Shown in pieces: positions 17,618 to 26,026 of a stretch of DNA of 64,000 nt. The stretch lies in the sequence record PP496439.1; one strand, given 5' to 3'. The notes under the pieces were generated by a model. That model was not told the DNA's origin. It worked only from the letters and a program-made list of their open reading frames with translations, and ran no database searches. Numbering within the stretch: the first letter of the stretch is position 1; every line of letters starts with the position of its first letter. Both the position numbers and the translations under genes were made by a program.

Positions 17618-18152
17618 CGTTGTTACCTTTGGCGACGTGCATCAGGTGTTGATCCCAGTTCTCCATGGTGGGGGAGCTCTCATCCTGAGCCATGCTCGAA
17701 TAATCTACGAGCTGCTTTTTGCCTACCCAGTCCTTGAAGGCTTCTACCGCAGGCGATGCATCGTGACGGGCGCTGAGAGTGATAACTTCATCACGGGTGG
17801 TCAGGAAGCCGAGGAAGTCCATGATTGCCATCTGCACCAGCTCGGTATTGATACGAGACTGATCCGGGTGCGGCTGGTAGTTCTGGCTGAACTGGGTCTT
17901 ACCAATGACATCGAGCCGACGCTGACCATGCTCATCCAGCTCTTTCTGCAAGCGGACCAGTCCGTCCAGTCCTGCATAACCTGGGTGTTCGGCGGCTTGT
18001 GCAGCGGAATCAATCGCGGTCTTGACGGCTGCATGTTGATCTGGAGTCAGTTCCTCCACTTTGGCGTATGCGACGCCTGTGGTGTTCAGCTGCTTGATCT
18101 GATCTTCGGTCAGTTGCGCGCCCATGGAGGGGTAGTCTTTCTTGTCAGTCAT
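17607..18152 (-). CDS. Hypothetical protein (about 181 aa)
   Basis: ATG at 18152 follows GAGG; the track start at 18206 is possible. Confidence 0.7.
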   Translation of the reverse strand: MTDKKDYPSMGAQLTEDQIKQLNTTGVAYAKVEELTPDQHAAVKTAIDSAAQAAEHPGYAGLDGLVRLQKELDEHGQRRLDVIGKTQFSQNYQPHPDQSRINTELVQMAIMDFLGFLTTRDEVITLSARHDASPAVEAFKDWVGKKQLVDYSSMAQDESSPTMENWDQHLMHVAKGNNDAQ

Positions 18153-18223
18153 GTCAGATGCCTCATTAGGGTAGGAACACCAGAGATCGTACAGTGGTGT
18201 GTGCATTGGGGTAGGGCCTTATG

Positions 18224-19183
18224 TCAGTCCAAGTTGAATGCTGACCTAGCATAACCAACTGGGTCTGCGTATACGCATAGTTGGTAGATGCGGTCCGTAC
18301 TGTTCTGCTCCACGATAGCTTCCTCGTAAGACGGAACCGAAACCTCTTCCACCGAAGGATCGTCCATTCCCGTATACAGATTGGTTTGGCCCTCACCTTC
18401 TACCGCTTCCACGCTCGGGACGTAATACGCCAGCCCCAGGTAGTGGTTGAACTCGTTGCTGGTCTTGGCGTCCTTGACCCAAAACTCAAGGTAGGATGTG
18501 AACGTACCCTTACTGACCTTGTACTTGTTGATCGCCCGCAAGGTGGCCAGCATGTAGTTCTGGGCCATGTCGTTGATGTCCACCTTGATCTTGGACATCG
18601 TGACTTCCTTGCGCACCTTGGAGAACAACCAGCGGCTGTACTTCTTGGCGATCAGCTTGCGCAACTCGTTGGCCAGACCATACCACATGATCACCTGACG
18701 CCGGGCTGACCATAGATCACGGTGACCGGTATAGCGAACGCTGGCTTCGATCTCCGACTTGCTCCGTACCAGCGTGTGATAGTTCGCCTTGGTAGCGGAC
18801 GCCAACTCAAGGCACACCCCATCGTAGCCTTCCGTTCTTTCAAGGAAGGCCTCGATGATGGCGTGATACATCGTTCTTTCCAGCTGCATATCGAAGAACA
18901 GGGTCAGCTTTTCCTGTGGATCTTTCACCGACAGGAATCCGGCCATCAGGGATACAACATCACCCCGTGAGAAGGAGGATAGCTTGCGGCGCTTGTTCAT
19001 CATCTGCCACGACATGGTAGTGGACACCACCTCATCGGCGATCAGCGTTGTTTGGAAGATGACCAGTAATGCCCGGCCAATGAGGTCATCAAGTAGGCCA
19101 AACATCTGTGCACTGGTCAGGGTGAGGTCGTATGGATTATTTTGCTTCATCCACGACATCACATCTTGATGGTGACCGGCCAT
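18224..19183 (-). CDS. Sigma70-like RNA polymerase sigma factor lacking region 4
   Basis: DMAQNYMLATLRAINKYKVSKGTFTSYLEFWVKDA aligns with RpoD region 2 ([36 protein letters not shown]). The protein ends about 70 aa later. Confidence 0.75.
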   Translation of the reverse strand: MAGHHQDVMSWMKQNNPYDLTLTSAQMFGLLDDLIGRALLVIFQTTLIADEVVSTTMSWQMMNKRRKLSSFSRGDVVSLMAGFLSVKDPQEKLTLFFDMQLERTMYHAIIEAFLERTEGYDGVCLELASATKANYHTLVRSKSEIEASVRYTGHRDLWSARRQVIMWYGLANELRKLIAKKYSRWLFSKVRKEVTMSKIKVDINDMAQNYMLATLRAINKYKVSKGTFTSYLEFWVKDAKTSNEFNHYLGLAYYVPSVEAVEGEGQTNLYTGMDDPSVEEVSVPSYEEAIVEQNSTDRIYQLCVYADPVGYARSAFNLD

Positions 19184-19192
19184 GACCTACTC

Positions 19193-19354
19193 CTAGTTGA
19201 GCGCTTTGAGTGATTTCTTCTTCTGGAAGTCATCCCACATCACGTCGTACTCTTCACGGGTGATACCCGGCTTGGCAATCTTGGCGATGTCCCAGAATTC
19301 GTCCTTAGTCATCAAAGACAGTTTTTCTGCATCCTCTCCCGGTAACTTTTCCAT
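19193..19354 (-). CDS. Small hypothetical protein (53 aa)
   Basis: ATG at 19354 follows the SWIM gene stop; MEKLPGEDAEKL... Confidence 0.55.
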   Translation of the reverse strand: MEKLPGEDAEKLSLMTKDEFWDIAKIAKPGITREEYDVMWDDFQKKKSLKALN

Positions 19355-19356
19355 GA

Positions 19357-19809
19357 TCAGTATCCTTTGGCCTTGATAGCCATGAGTAGGCGCAAGACGT
19401 GCTTGCATACCAGTGGAACCATCGAGGCGTTCTTGACGATGGGCTTCTCACCGTTGGAGTACACGATGTCGGCGGCACCTACGCGGTACAGCGCCACTTC
19501 CCACGTGAAGCAATGGTCTTCGCAGTCGCACTCCACCTTGATACCCGCAGCCCGGCTCACCTTGGAAGCACGATCAAGCGCGGTGATCTTCACGCGGCGC
19601 TTCTGCGGGTTGGTGTTGATCCGGGTGCGACGACTCTTGGCCGTGCACTCGACGACGAGGTTACCTTCCTTGTCAACGGTGCGCTTCGGGGAATACAGGC
19701 GAACGTCACGGCTGCGCTCATACGTGTAAGGCATGTAGCGCGTTGTCTCGTTGATCAGCTTTTTGAGGGGCAACCCCTTCTTACTTTTTTGCTTTACTAC
19801 GCTCGCCAT
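19357..19809 (-). CDS. SWIM-type zinc-finger protein
   Basis: VECDCEDH...VCKHV (CxC...CxH). Basic N-terminus; likely start MASVVKQK at 19809. Confidence 0.7.
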   Translation of the reverse strand: MASVVKQKSKKGLPLKKLINETTRYMPYTYERSRDVRLYSPKRTVDKEGNLVVECTAKSRRTRINTNPQKRRVKITALDRASKVSRAAGIKVECDCEDHCFTWEVALYRVGAADIVYSNGEKPIVKNASMVPLVCKHVLRLLMAIKAKGY

Positions 19810-21382
19810 CGCTCTGCTTCCTTCTCTTAGCAACCCGATCCCGCGCTTCCTTGGAAGCCTTCGAGCCACGTTTGGTTGAAGTACTGGATGCCTTGGTATG
19901 ACCCTTCGGTGCCCCGGTCTTGGACTTCACGCCGTGCTTGACCTTGGCTACCGTGTCGGACTCGTAACGCTCCAGAATGCTGGTGATACGGTCACGTGCG
20001 TCTTCCTCGGTCATCTCCGGAACAGGAGCCCCGTTCTCGTCCAGCACCTGTGTTTCAGGAACTGCGCCGAACAACGACGAGGTCTTGCCGGGGCCAGTGG
20101 TCGGCAGCGAGTTCAGGAAGAAGGAATACTTGTTCCGAGTCGCGTCGTAACCTACGTCCACTACGCTGTCGATCAGATCGTACAGCTTCATCGACTCACC
20201 CTTGCCGCCGCGAGTCTTCAAGTGACCGTTGACCACTTCACGCACTTCCTTATCGGTAGAGTTCATGATGATCTCAGTCATCGATGTCACAATCCGATTG
20301 TAGGTGTACATGTTGTGGTAGGCCAGCAGGAAGGTGGAAACGTTGCCGCCAATCACGCTGAGAACGTCGGTGTACTTGATCGCGGTGCACACTGGGCAGT
20401 TGCACGGCAGATGGTTGAACGGGCTCGGGCTGTTCACCTTGTCGAACATCTTGAAGAAGCCCGGCGGGGTGCTGATGTGCTCTTGGAAGTAGTAGCCCTT
20501 GGATACCGATTCCTGCAACCACGTAGAGGCGTCACTAGTGATCAGCGGGGCCAGGCCTTTCTTCGCCATGTAGATCAGTGGATAGACCAGCGAGAGCTTG
20601 GCGACACCGAGCATGTGGTACTGCTCGTATTTGCGACCGGTAACCATCTGCTGGATGATCTTGGCAATGGCGGTCATCTGGGTATCGTAATACGTGCCAC
20701 CCATGGCCAGACGAGTTATGTCGTCACGCTCTACCAGTTCACGGTAGCGGCTTACTTCTTCCTGCGTGTTACCGTGGAAGATGTTCATCAGCTCCAAACT
20801 GGGACGCTTGTTCTGCATCATCAGTTCGGTGTTTGCAGCCTGCACTCGACCCAAGCGCTGATACAACTCTGGATCGTTGAAGTGCATCGGGATATCGAGC
20901 ACGATACCGATGTCTGCATTGTTGTTGTACCACTGGATGATCTCCATCGGGTCTAGGTAGTCGAGACGACCCATACCGAGCTGGAAACCTCCGGAGTCCG
21001 CGACGATGTGTCGAGACTTGTCAGCGAATGCAGTCACGTCACCTTTACGAGTGTTGTGAGAGATACTGTCTTTGTTGATGTGCTGGGTGTAGTTGACCAT
21101 GTACTGGCTGACGCCCATGTCTCGCGCCGTCAGATCGTCAAACGCACTCATGTGATACATCTCGTCGAACGACCCATCTGCCCAGCGCGTGGACACAGCA
21201 TGGTGGGTATTGGACACGATGAACAGGTCACGGTCGGGGCACTTGAGGAAGATGTGGTTGCCCCCGATTTCCACTAAGTCGATCTTGTTGGGGTTCTTGG
21301 CGTAACGGACGTATACCGAAATGCCTCCATGCGCGGGGTAGAACACTCCAGCAGGCACCAGTTTGAATTGACCAGGCGTCAC
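19781..21382 (-). CDS. Queuine/archaeosine tRNA-guanine transglycosylase family protein (TGT/DpdA-like)
   Basis: DSGGFQ, VLDIP, AMGG, HMLG, SDAS (catalytic Asp), Zn site CNCPVC...HN. GTG start with AGGAG. Lys/Arg-rich C-tail. Confidence 0.85.
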   Translation of the reverse strand: MTPGQFKLVPAGVFYPAHGGISVYVRYAKNPNKIDLVEIGGNHIFLKCPDRDLFIVSNTHHAVSTRWADGSFDEMYHMSAFDDLTARDMGVSQYMVNYTQHINKDSISHNTRKGDVTAFADKSRHIVADSGGFQLGMGRLDYLDPMEIIQWYNNNADIGIVLDIPMHFNDPELYQRLGRVQAANTELMMQNKRPSLELMNIFHGNTQEEVSRYRELVERDDITRLAMGGTYYDTQMTAIAKIIQQMVTGRKYEQYHMLGVAKLSLVYPLIYMAKKGLAPLITSDASTWLQESVSKGYYFQEHISTPPGFFKMFDKVNSPSPFNHLPCNCPVCTAIKYTDVLSVIGGNVSTFLLAYHNMYTYNRIVTSMTEIIMNSTDKEVREVVNGHLKTRGGKGESMKLYDLIDSVVDVGYDATRNKYSFFLNSLPTTGPGKTSSLFGAVPETQVLDENGAPVPEMTEEDARDRITSILERYESDTVAKVKHGVKSKTGAPKGHTKASSTSTKRGSKASKEARDRVAKRRKQSDGERSKAKK

Positions 21383-21406
21383 TGCGCGTACTCCTATGTA
21401 AGGGTT

Positions 21407-21441
21407 AAAAACCCGCGTCCCAGTTTCCCAGAACGCGGGTT
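21407..21441 (-). terminator. Intrinsic terminator
   Basis: AACCCGCGT/ACGCGGGTT stem plus U tract between 21476 and the TGT-like gene. Confidence 0.7.
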
Positions 21442-21475
21442 GGTTACACGCTATTTACAGGCGTGTTGGCCCTAC

Positions 21476-22054
21476 TTACTTCGAGTCGGCAGCTTTGGCT
21501 TCTTTCTTGGCTTCCTTTTCGGCAGCCTCGGAATCAGCCTTGGTGAAGATAGCTTGGATCAGGTGTGCGGCCGCGCGTGGGTTGTGCGAGTTGCGATCCA
21601 GAATAGTACGGATCTCTTGCAGGCTGGCACCCGCGCCCGACTTGCCGGAAGTGGACTTCGCGCCTTCGTCGTGAGCATTGATCTCGACGGCGTGGAGTTC
21701 GTCCTTGGTCAGCAGGGTCAGGCCGTTGGCTTGAACGTAGCGGTCTACGACCAGCTTCGTGTCGGACTCAGACAGGTCCTCCGGGTCGAACGACTTGAGC
21801 ATGGGGTCAGTACTGACTTGACCTTCCACGTCGGAACCGATCACGTTGGTGGCTTTGGCCAGGTCTTCCGGGGTGGCTTTGTCTTTCGCAGCCGCTTGAC
21901 CTGCACCGCCGGTATCGACCGCGCTCGCATCGGAAGAAGTAGAAGGAGTGGGCTTGGCCGAGGTTTCAGACTTGGCAGCAGTTTCCTTCGCTTCGGTGGT
22001 CGCTTTGGTTTTGGTCTTTTCTTCGGCAGCAGGTTTCGAGGATTTAGCAGTCAT
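21476..22054 (-). CDS. Hypothetical protein with Ala/Lys/Thr low-complexity N-terminus
   Basis: ATG at 22054 follows GGAG; highly biased codons. Confidence 0.75.
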   Translation of the reverse strand: MTAKSSKPAAEEKTKTKATTEAKETAAKSETSAKPTPSTSSDASAVDTGGAGQAAAKDKATPEDLAKATNVIGSDVEGQVSTDPMLKSFDPEDLSESDTKLVVDRYVQANGLTLLTKDELHAVEINAHDEGAKSTSGKSGAGASLQEIRTILDRNSHNPRAAAHLIQAIFTKADSEAAEKEAKKEAKAADSK

Positions 22055-22135
22055 GGTGAATCTCCTAACATTGGAATTACCACCCAAGAGGCCTCTCGGT
22101 GTGGGATGTTGCAGTGCAGCACTTGCGGTAGACGG

Positions 22136-23233
22136 TTACTCCGGGTTCCGGTCGAAGCCTTTGCCACGCATGGCGGTGAAGCTCTTCTCAACCAGCCGGT
22201 GGATCGATTTCGGCAGCTTCTCACCCATGGCGTACCAGCGCACGGCTTCACAGAAGAATTCCGATGGGTTCTTCTGGCTGTACTCACCGATAGGTGATTC
22301 CATGATGTTGACCGGCAGGTCAGTGGTCGGCCACACGGCGTCGGGCACCAGATTGCCGGACAGGAGGATGTTCAGCTTCTCCTCATCCAGATAGTGGTTC
22401 TCGCCGACGTACGTGATTATCGCTGCCAGAGCCGCTTCATCTTTCTCGTTCATGCTGGCGTAGGCCAGTTCGGTGTTGCCCTTCTTGATCAGCGTACGCA
22501 CGATCCGATCCAGCTGCTTCTTCGACGCCGTATCTTCGATTACGTACTTGTGGTACTCGCTGATCCAGAGTGCCTGAATGGAATCAGGCATCAGTCGGCT
22601 CATCAGTCCGTGGGCGAACTCATGCGCAACCAGATGCTGCACGTAGTTGACGTTCTGAGCTTCCTTCGGTCGCAGGCGAACACGGTCCATTGGATCTTTC
22701 GCCATGTTCACCGTGGTGTAGTCGCCGTCGTATTTACCTTTCGGCTCATGCAGCTCGATGCGCAGCGGGAAGATAGCGTCCAGCCCCCAGCCTTTGTACT
22801 GCTCGTACACCTTGTCCAGCCCGGTCATCAAACCTTTGAAGCTGGCTTCGTCCAGATCGGGGATGTAGCTGAACACCGGACCGTAAGGCTTGTCGTCGAA
22901 GCTGTCGTGGCGCAGCAGAATGGTGCAACCGTAGACGCTGCCCGGCTCGGGGCGTGGGCCAAGGTTGAGGATGACTTGAGCGTGCGGGACACGGGTGAGC
23001 ATCTCGTCGTCCAGCTCGTAGTCTTCCGACTTGTTCAACGCACCCAAGTCGGCGCCGGTGACTTCGGAACCTTTGAGGCTGTACACGCGCAAGGCCAGCT
23101 TGCGGTACTTGGTCTCACCGCCCTCGTCATCATTCTTGGCCGACTTGCTGATCTTGACGATCACGATATCCCCGGCGTTGACCGGGACCAACGGCACCTC
23201 TGGAGCTGCCTTATTACGGTCTTTCTTTTTCAT
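22136..23233 (-). CDS. Zincin-like metallopeptidase
   Basis: VAHEFAHGL (HExxH) plus a downstream EYSQKNPSEFFCE third-ligand motif of the ATLF/MtfA type. Confidence 0.7.
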   Translation of the reverse strand: MKKKDRNKAAPEVPLVPVNAGDIVIVKISKSAKNDDEGGETKYRKLALRVYSLKGSEVTGADLGALNKSEDYELDDEMLTRVPHAQVILNLGPRPEPGSVYGCTILLRHDSFDDKPYGPVFSYIPDLDEASFKGLMTGLDKVYEQYKGWGLDAIFPLRIELHEPKGKYDGDYTTVNMAKDPMDRVRLRPKEAQNVNYVQHLVAHEFAHGLMSRLMPDSIQALWISEYHKYVIEDTASKKQLDRIVRTLIKKGNTELAYASMNEKDEAALAAIITYVGENHYLDEEKLNILLSGNLVPDAVWPTTDLPVNIMESPIGEYSQKNPSEFFCEAVRWYAMGEKLPKSIHRLVEKSFTAMRGKGFDRNPE

Positions 23234-23252
23234 CGGTAGGGTCTCTTGCGGA

Positions 23253-23540
23253 TTAAAGGTTGGCAGCGAGTAGTTCGCAGAACTGCTGCACGGTTAAGTA
23301 CTGGGCCTCGGACTGCTTGACCAGTTCACTGACCAACTTATCTGGAACGTCACAAGCAATGCCTTCGTAGTCCTCCAATGCCATGGCAAACTCTACCCAG
23401 TCCAGCGAGTCAAGGCCCATATCGATAACCAGTGTGTCTGGCTGGGCCATGTAAGGAGCGGTGTTAACGTTCAACCTCGGTGTGGGCAGCGCGTGCAGAC
23501 ATTGGATGACAGCAGATGTTACAACATTGATGTGAAGCAT
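23253..23540 (-). CDS. Acyl carrier protein-like
   Basis: DMGLDSLDWVEFAMALED...TVQQFCELL matches AcpP DLGADSLDTVELVMALEE...TVQAAIDYI. The phosphopantetheine Ser is retained. Confidence 0.85.
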   Translation of the reverse strand: MLHINVVTSAVIQCLHALPTPRLNVNTAPYMAQPDTLVIDMGLDSLDWVEFAMALEDYEGIACDVPDKLVSELVKQSEAQYLTVQQFCELLAANL

Positions 23541-23602
23541 GTATCTTACCTATGACGAATACGAACAAACCCGCCAGACAGTAGCCTAGCGGGTGCTGGG
23601 GT

Positions 23603-24223
23603 TTAGTTTACCGCGACTTCAACCTCGGGTGCTTCCGGGATCGCATTGTCTCGGATACGGGCCGCCCAAGGCTTGTCAGCGAACGTGCCCCGTTTAAGGT
23701 GAAGGTGCGGCAGGATCGGATCAGGGATTGCCTGATTGGGCAGCAGCGTCGTCTCGATGCGCTTTCCATTACGCTTGCGGGCGCCCAGCTGAAAGATGTA
23801 CGTTGGGACTCGACTGCCCGCCACCACCTTCGGGAACCTGCTATTCAGGGTAAGCTGATGTTCTACGTCTTTTGCTTGATGCAGGAACACTACGCCGACC
23901 AGGTTGGGATTCGCCAAGATAACGACATCCCGTTTGACCCCGGCCAACTTGTTGTACTCTTTACCGTCAGCCCGATACGCAATCTCACACGGTTCGGACA
24001 TATCGCCCCACGGCATCTCCACGCCGACCGGATCGTTCCCCAACTCATCCAGACAGTATGAAGCGGCATGGGTTTCAGCACCTCGGCAGCGGCTGTTAAT
24101 GATCGCCACCTCTTTCGGATTGAGTCCCATGTGTTGAATCACAGAGTTCAAGCATGCAACCATCAAAGGATAGGTCGTGAAACCATAATCCCCGATCACG
24201 GCGATCAGCTTCTTATCGGACAT
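23603..24223 (-). CDS. SLOG-superfamily (DUF2493/YspA-like) protein
   Basis: IAVIG-x-YGF...RCRGAETHA...PW...YNKLAGVKRD mirrors the SGGARGAD...PADW...AGxxRN pattern. Confidence 0.65.
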   Translation of the reverse strand: MSDKKLIAVIGDYGFTTYPLMVACLNSVIQHMGLNPKEVAIINSRCRGAETHAASYCLDELGNDPVGVEMPWGDMSEPCEIAYRADGKEYNKLAGVKRDVVILANPNLVGVVFLHQAKDVEHQLTLNSRFPKVVAGSRVPTYIFQLGARKRNGKRIETTLLPNQAIPDPILPHLHLKRGTFADKPWAARIRDNAIPEAPEVEVAVN

Positions 24224-24270
24224 GGTAGTGCTCCTACAGGTAGACTTATGGGTAGTGTTGACCCATTGAA

Positions 24271-24891
24271 TTAGTAGGTATAACGGGGAGCTGCTGGAGT
24301 CTCAGGAACGACCAGTTGGTGCGTAGGGAAGAGTGAACCGATCACGATGCGGAAGTATTGGCCTTCGCCGCACTCCGGGATGTTGAACGACATGAAGAAC
24401 TTGCCGTCGTCCTTGTCGGTGCCGCTTTCCAGCCCCATATCCTCCCAGCGCAGGATCTTCTGAGCTTCCAGATACTTGGTATCAGCGATCTCGACGATGG
24501 TGACTTCGCGCAGCATGGTCATAAGGCTGGCGCTACCCCGCAGTGCCTTGAGTGGCAAGCGATAATACTCGTAGCACAGATCGTTGAGCACCTTGAGGAA
24601 CGTCACGTCGCTTACCTTGGGCAGCTTGGTGAAGTCCACCGTGTGAGAGTAACCTTGTGAACCGAGCTTGCCGCTGACGTTGCGAGACATAACAATCTCC
24701 CGTTGTGACATTCCCTTGTGGATTTTAGCCAAGGCTTCCCGAACGTCGTCCTGCGCATCACGGGCGGCTTGCTGCGCCTCGGTCAGCGGCTTGTGATGAT
24801 GGCCGCGACGAGAGCTGGCGTGCTGGAAGGCGTCGTTGTTGGACGCGTTGTGCTGAGTGCGGTATGCCGGGGTAGGTGCTGGAATAGTCAT
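24271..24891 (-). CDS. Hypothetical protein (about 206 aa)
   Basis: ATG at 24891; the track start at 24933 overlaps the upstream gene. Confidence 0.7.
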   Translation of the reverse strand: MTIPAPTPAYRTQHNASNNDAFQHASSRRGHHHKPLTEAQQAARDAQDDVREALAKIHKGMSQREIVMSRNVSGKLGSQGYSHTVDFTKLPKVSDVTFLKVLNDLCYEYYRLPLKALRGSASLMTMLREVTIVEIADTKYLEAQKILRWEDMGLESGTDKDDGKFFMSFNIPECGEGQYFRIVIGSLFPTHQLVVPETPAAPRYTY

Positions 24892-24901
24892 GGTCTTGTT
24901 C

Positions 24902-26002
24902 CTATAGGTTGCGGACTTTAATGAGGTTGCCACTGGATGCGGCGATTAACATGGTCTTGGTTAGCCCTCGCTTGCTGAAGCACAAATCGTCTTCGGCCAG
25001 CGGGCAGCTGAAATAATCATTCTTCATGATCTCGTCGTGATCCGCCTTGCAGTGGCAGGGACGCAACTTTTCGATCTTGTCGAATGTGGTCAACAATGCT
25101 GATTTACTGCGAACTTTCAACAAGTCCCTCCAGAGCTCCCATCCCAGCTCATATTCTGCCATGAGTTTTCGCAGTTGGCGCTTCTCTTTATCTGGCAGGA
25201 TATCACCCACAATAACGCGGCGATGGAAGTTGTCTCGGGTGATGTAGATAAGCATCCAGCCTTCGATGACGATGTTGTGCATCATCTCAAGCAGCACGAT
25301 GTACGACTTGATCTGCGGCACGTTGGCTTTGGCTGGGAACACCCCACCCTCTTTCTGATGCTTCATCACCTTGTAGCTGGACGTGGTCTTGTAGTCGATC
25401 ACGTAGTACTTGCCGTCGAGCCAGAGCAACCCGTCGGTGTGGCCGGTGATGTTCTTGCCGTACCGAACTGCCAGCTCTTCATAGCGGAAGAACTTGTGAC
25501 CACACTTGACGCACTTGCCGGGATGGGGTGAGAACTCGTGGTTGTGTTTGCACTTCTTGCAGTAGTAGTCACCGACGATGGCCCGCTTGAGGCCCTTCAT
25601 AAATTTCTGGCGACTAAGCTTATTCTTCGTGGCGGTATCAAGGACCTTGGCGTTGCGGCGTGCTGAATCTCCCATGGCGAACGGGGTCAGGCTGACAGCG
25701 TGCTGGAACGTCTCGTGCACCGCCGTACCGATGGACGTATAAAAGCCACCACCGACAACTTCTTCCTCACGTTCCATGACCAGACCGCTTTCCAGTGTGG
25801 CGATGGCGTGATAGATCGGGCAGAACGGGAATGAACTGGGGTGAAGGTCCATTACCCGTGTTTCAGACATATGGCGAACGTCCGTGACTTTGCACGCCTC
25901 CGCCATGATGCGTTCCATTTCCTTGAGCGCATCGGCCATAGGACCGGACACCACCTGATGCCTGCTCACTAACCCGATGTTTGCTTTTCCGAAACCTTTC
26001 AT
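24902..26002 (-). CDS. Cas4-like PD-(D/E)xK exonuclease with inserted Zn ribbon
   Basis: HPSSFPFCP, GTAVHE, GHTDG, IDYKT, QIKSY, C-terminal Cys cluster (CHC...CP...C). Insert CKKC...CVKC. Confidence 0.8.
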   Translation of the reverse strand: MKGFGKANIGLVSRHQVVSGPMADALKEMERIMAEACKVTDVRHMSETRVMDLHPSSFPFCPIYHAIATLESGLVMEREEEVVGGGFYTSIGTAVHETFQHAVSLTPFAMGDSARRNAKVLDTATKNKLSRQKFMKGLKRAIVGDYYCKKCKHNHEFSPHPGKCVKCGHKFFRYEELAVRYGKNITGHTDGLLWLDGKYYVIDYKTTSSYKVMKHQKEGGVFPAKANVPQIKSYIVLLEMMHNIVIEGWMLIYITRDNFHRRVIVGDILPDKEKRQLRKLMAEYELGWELWRDLLKVRSKSALLTTFDKIEKLRPCHCKADHDEIMKNDYFSCPLAEDDLCFSKRGLTKTMLIAASSGNLIKVRNL

Positions 26003-26026
26003 GGGGTACTCTTTTAGGTCGGGTAA

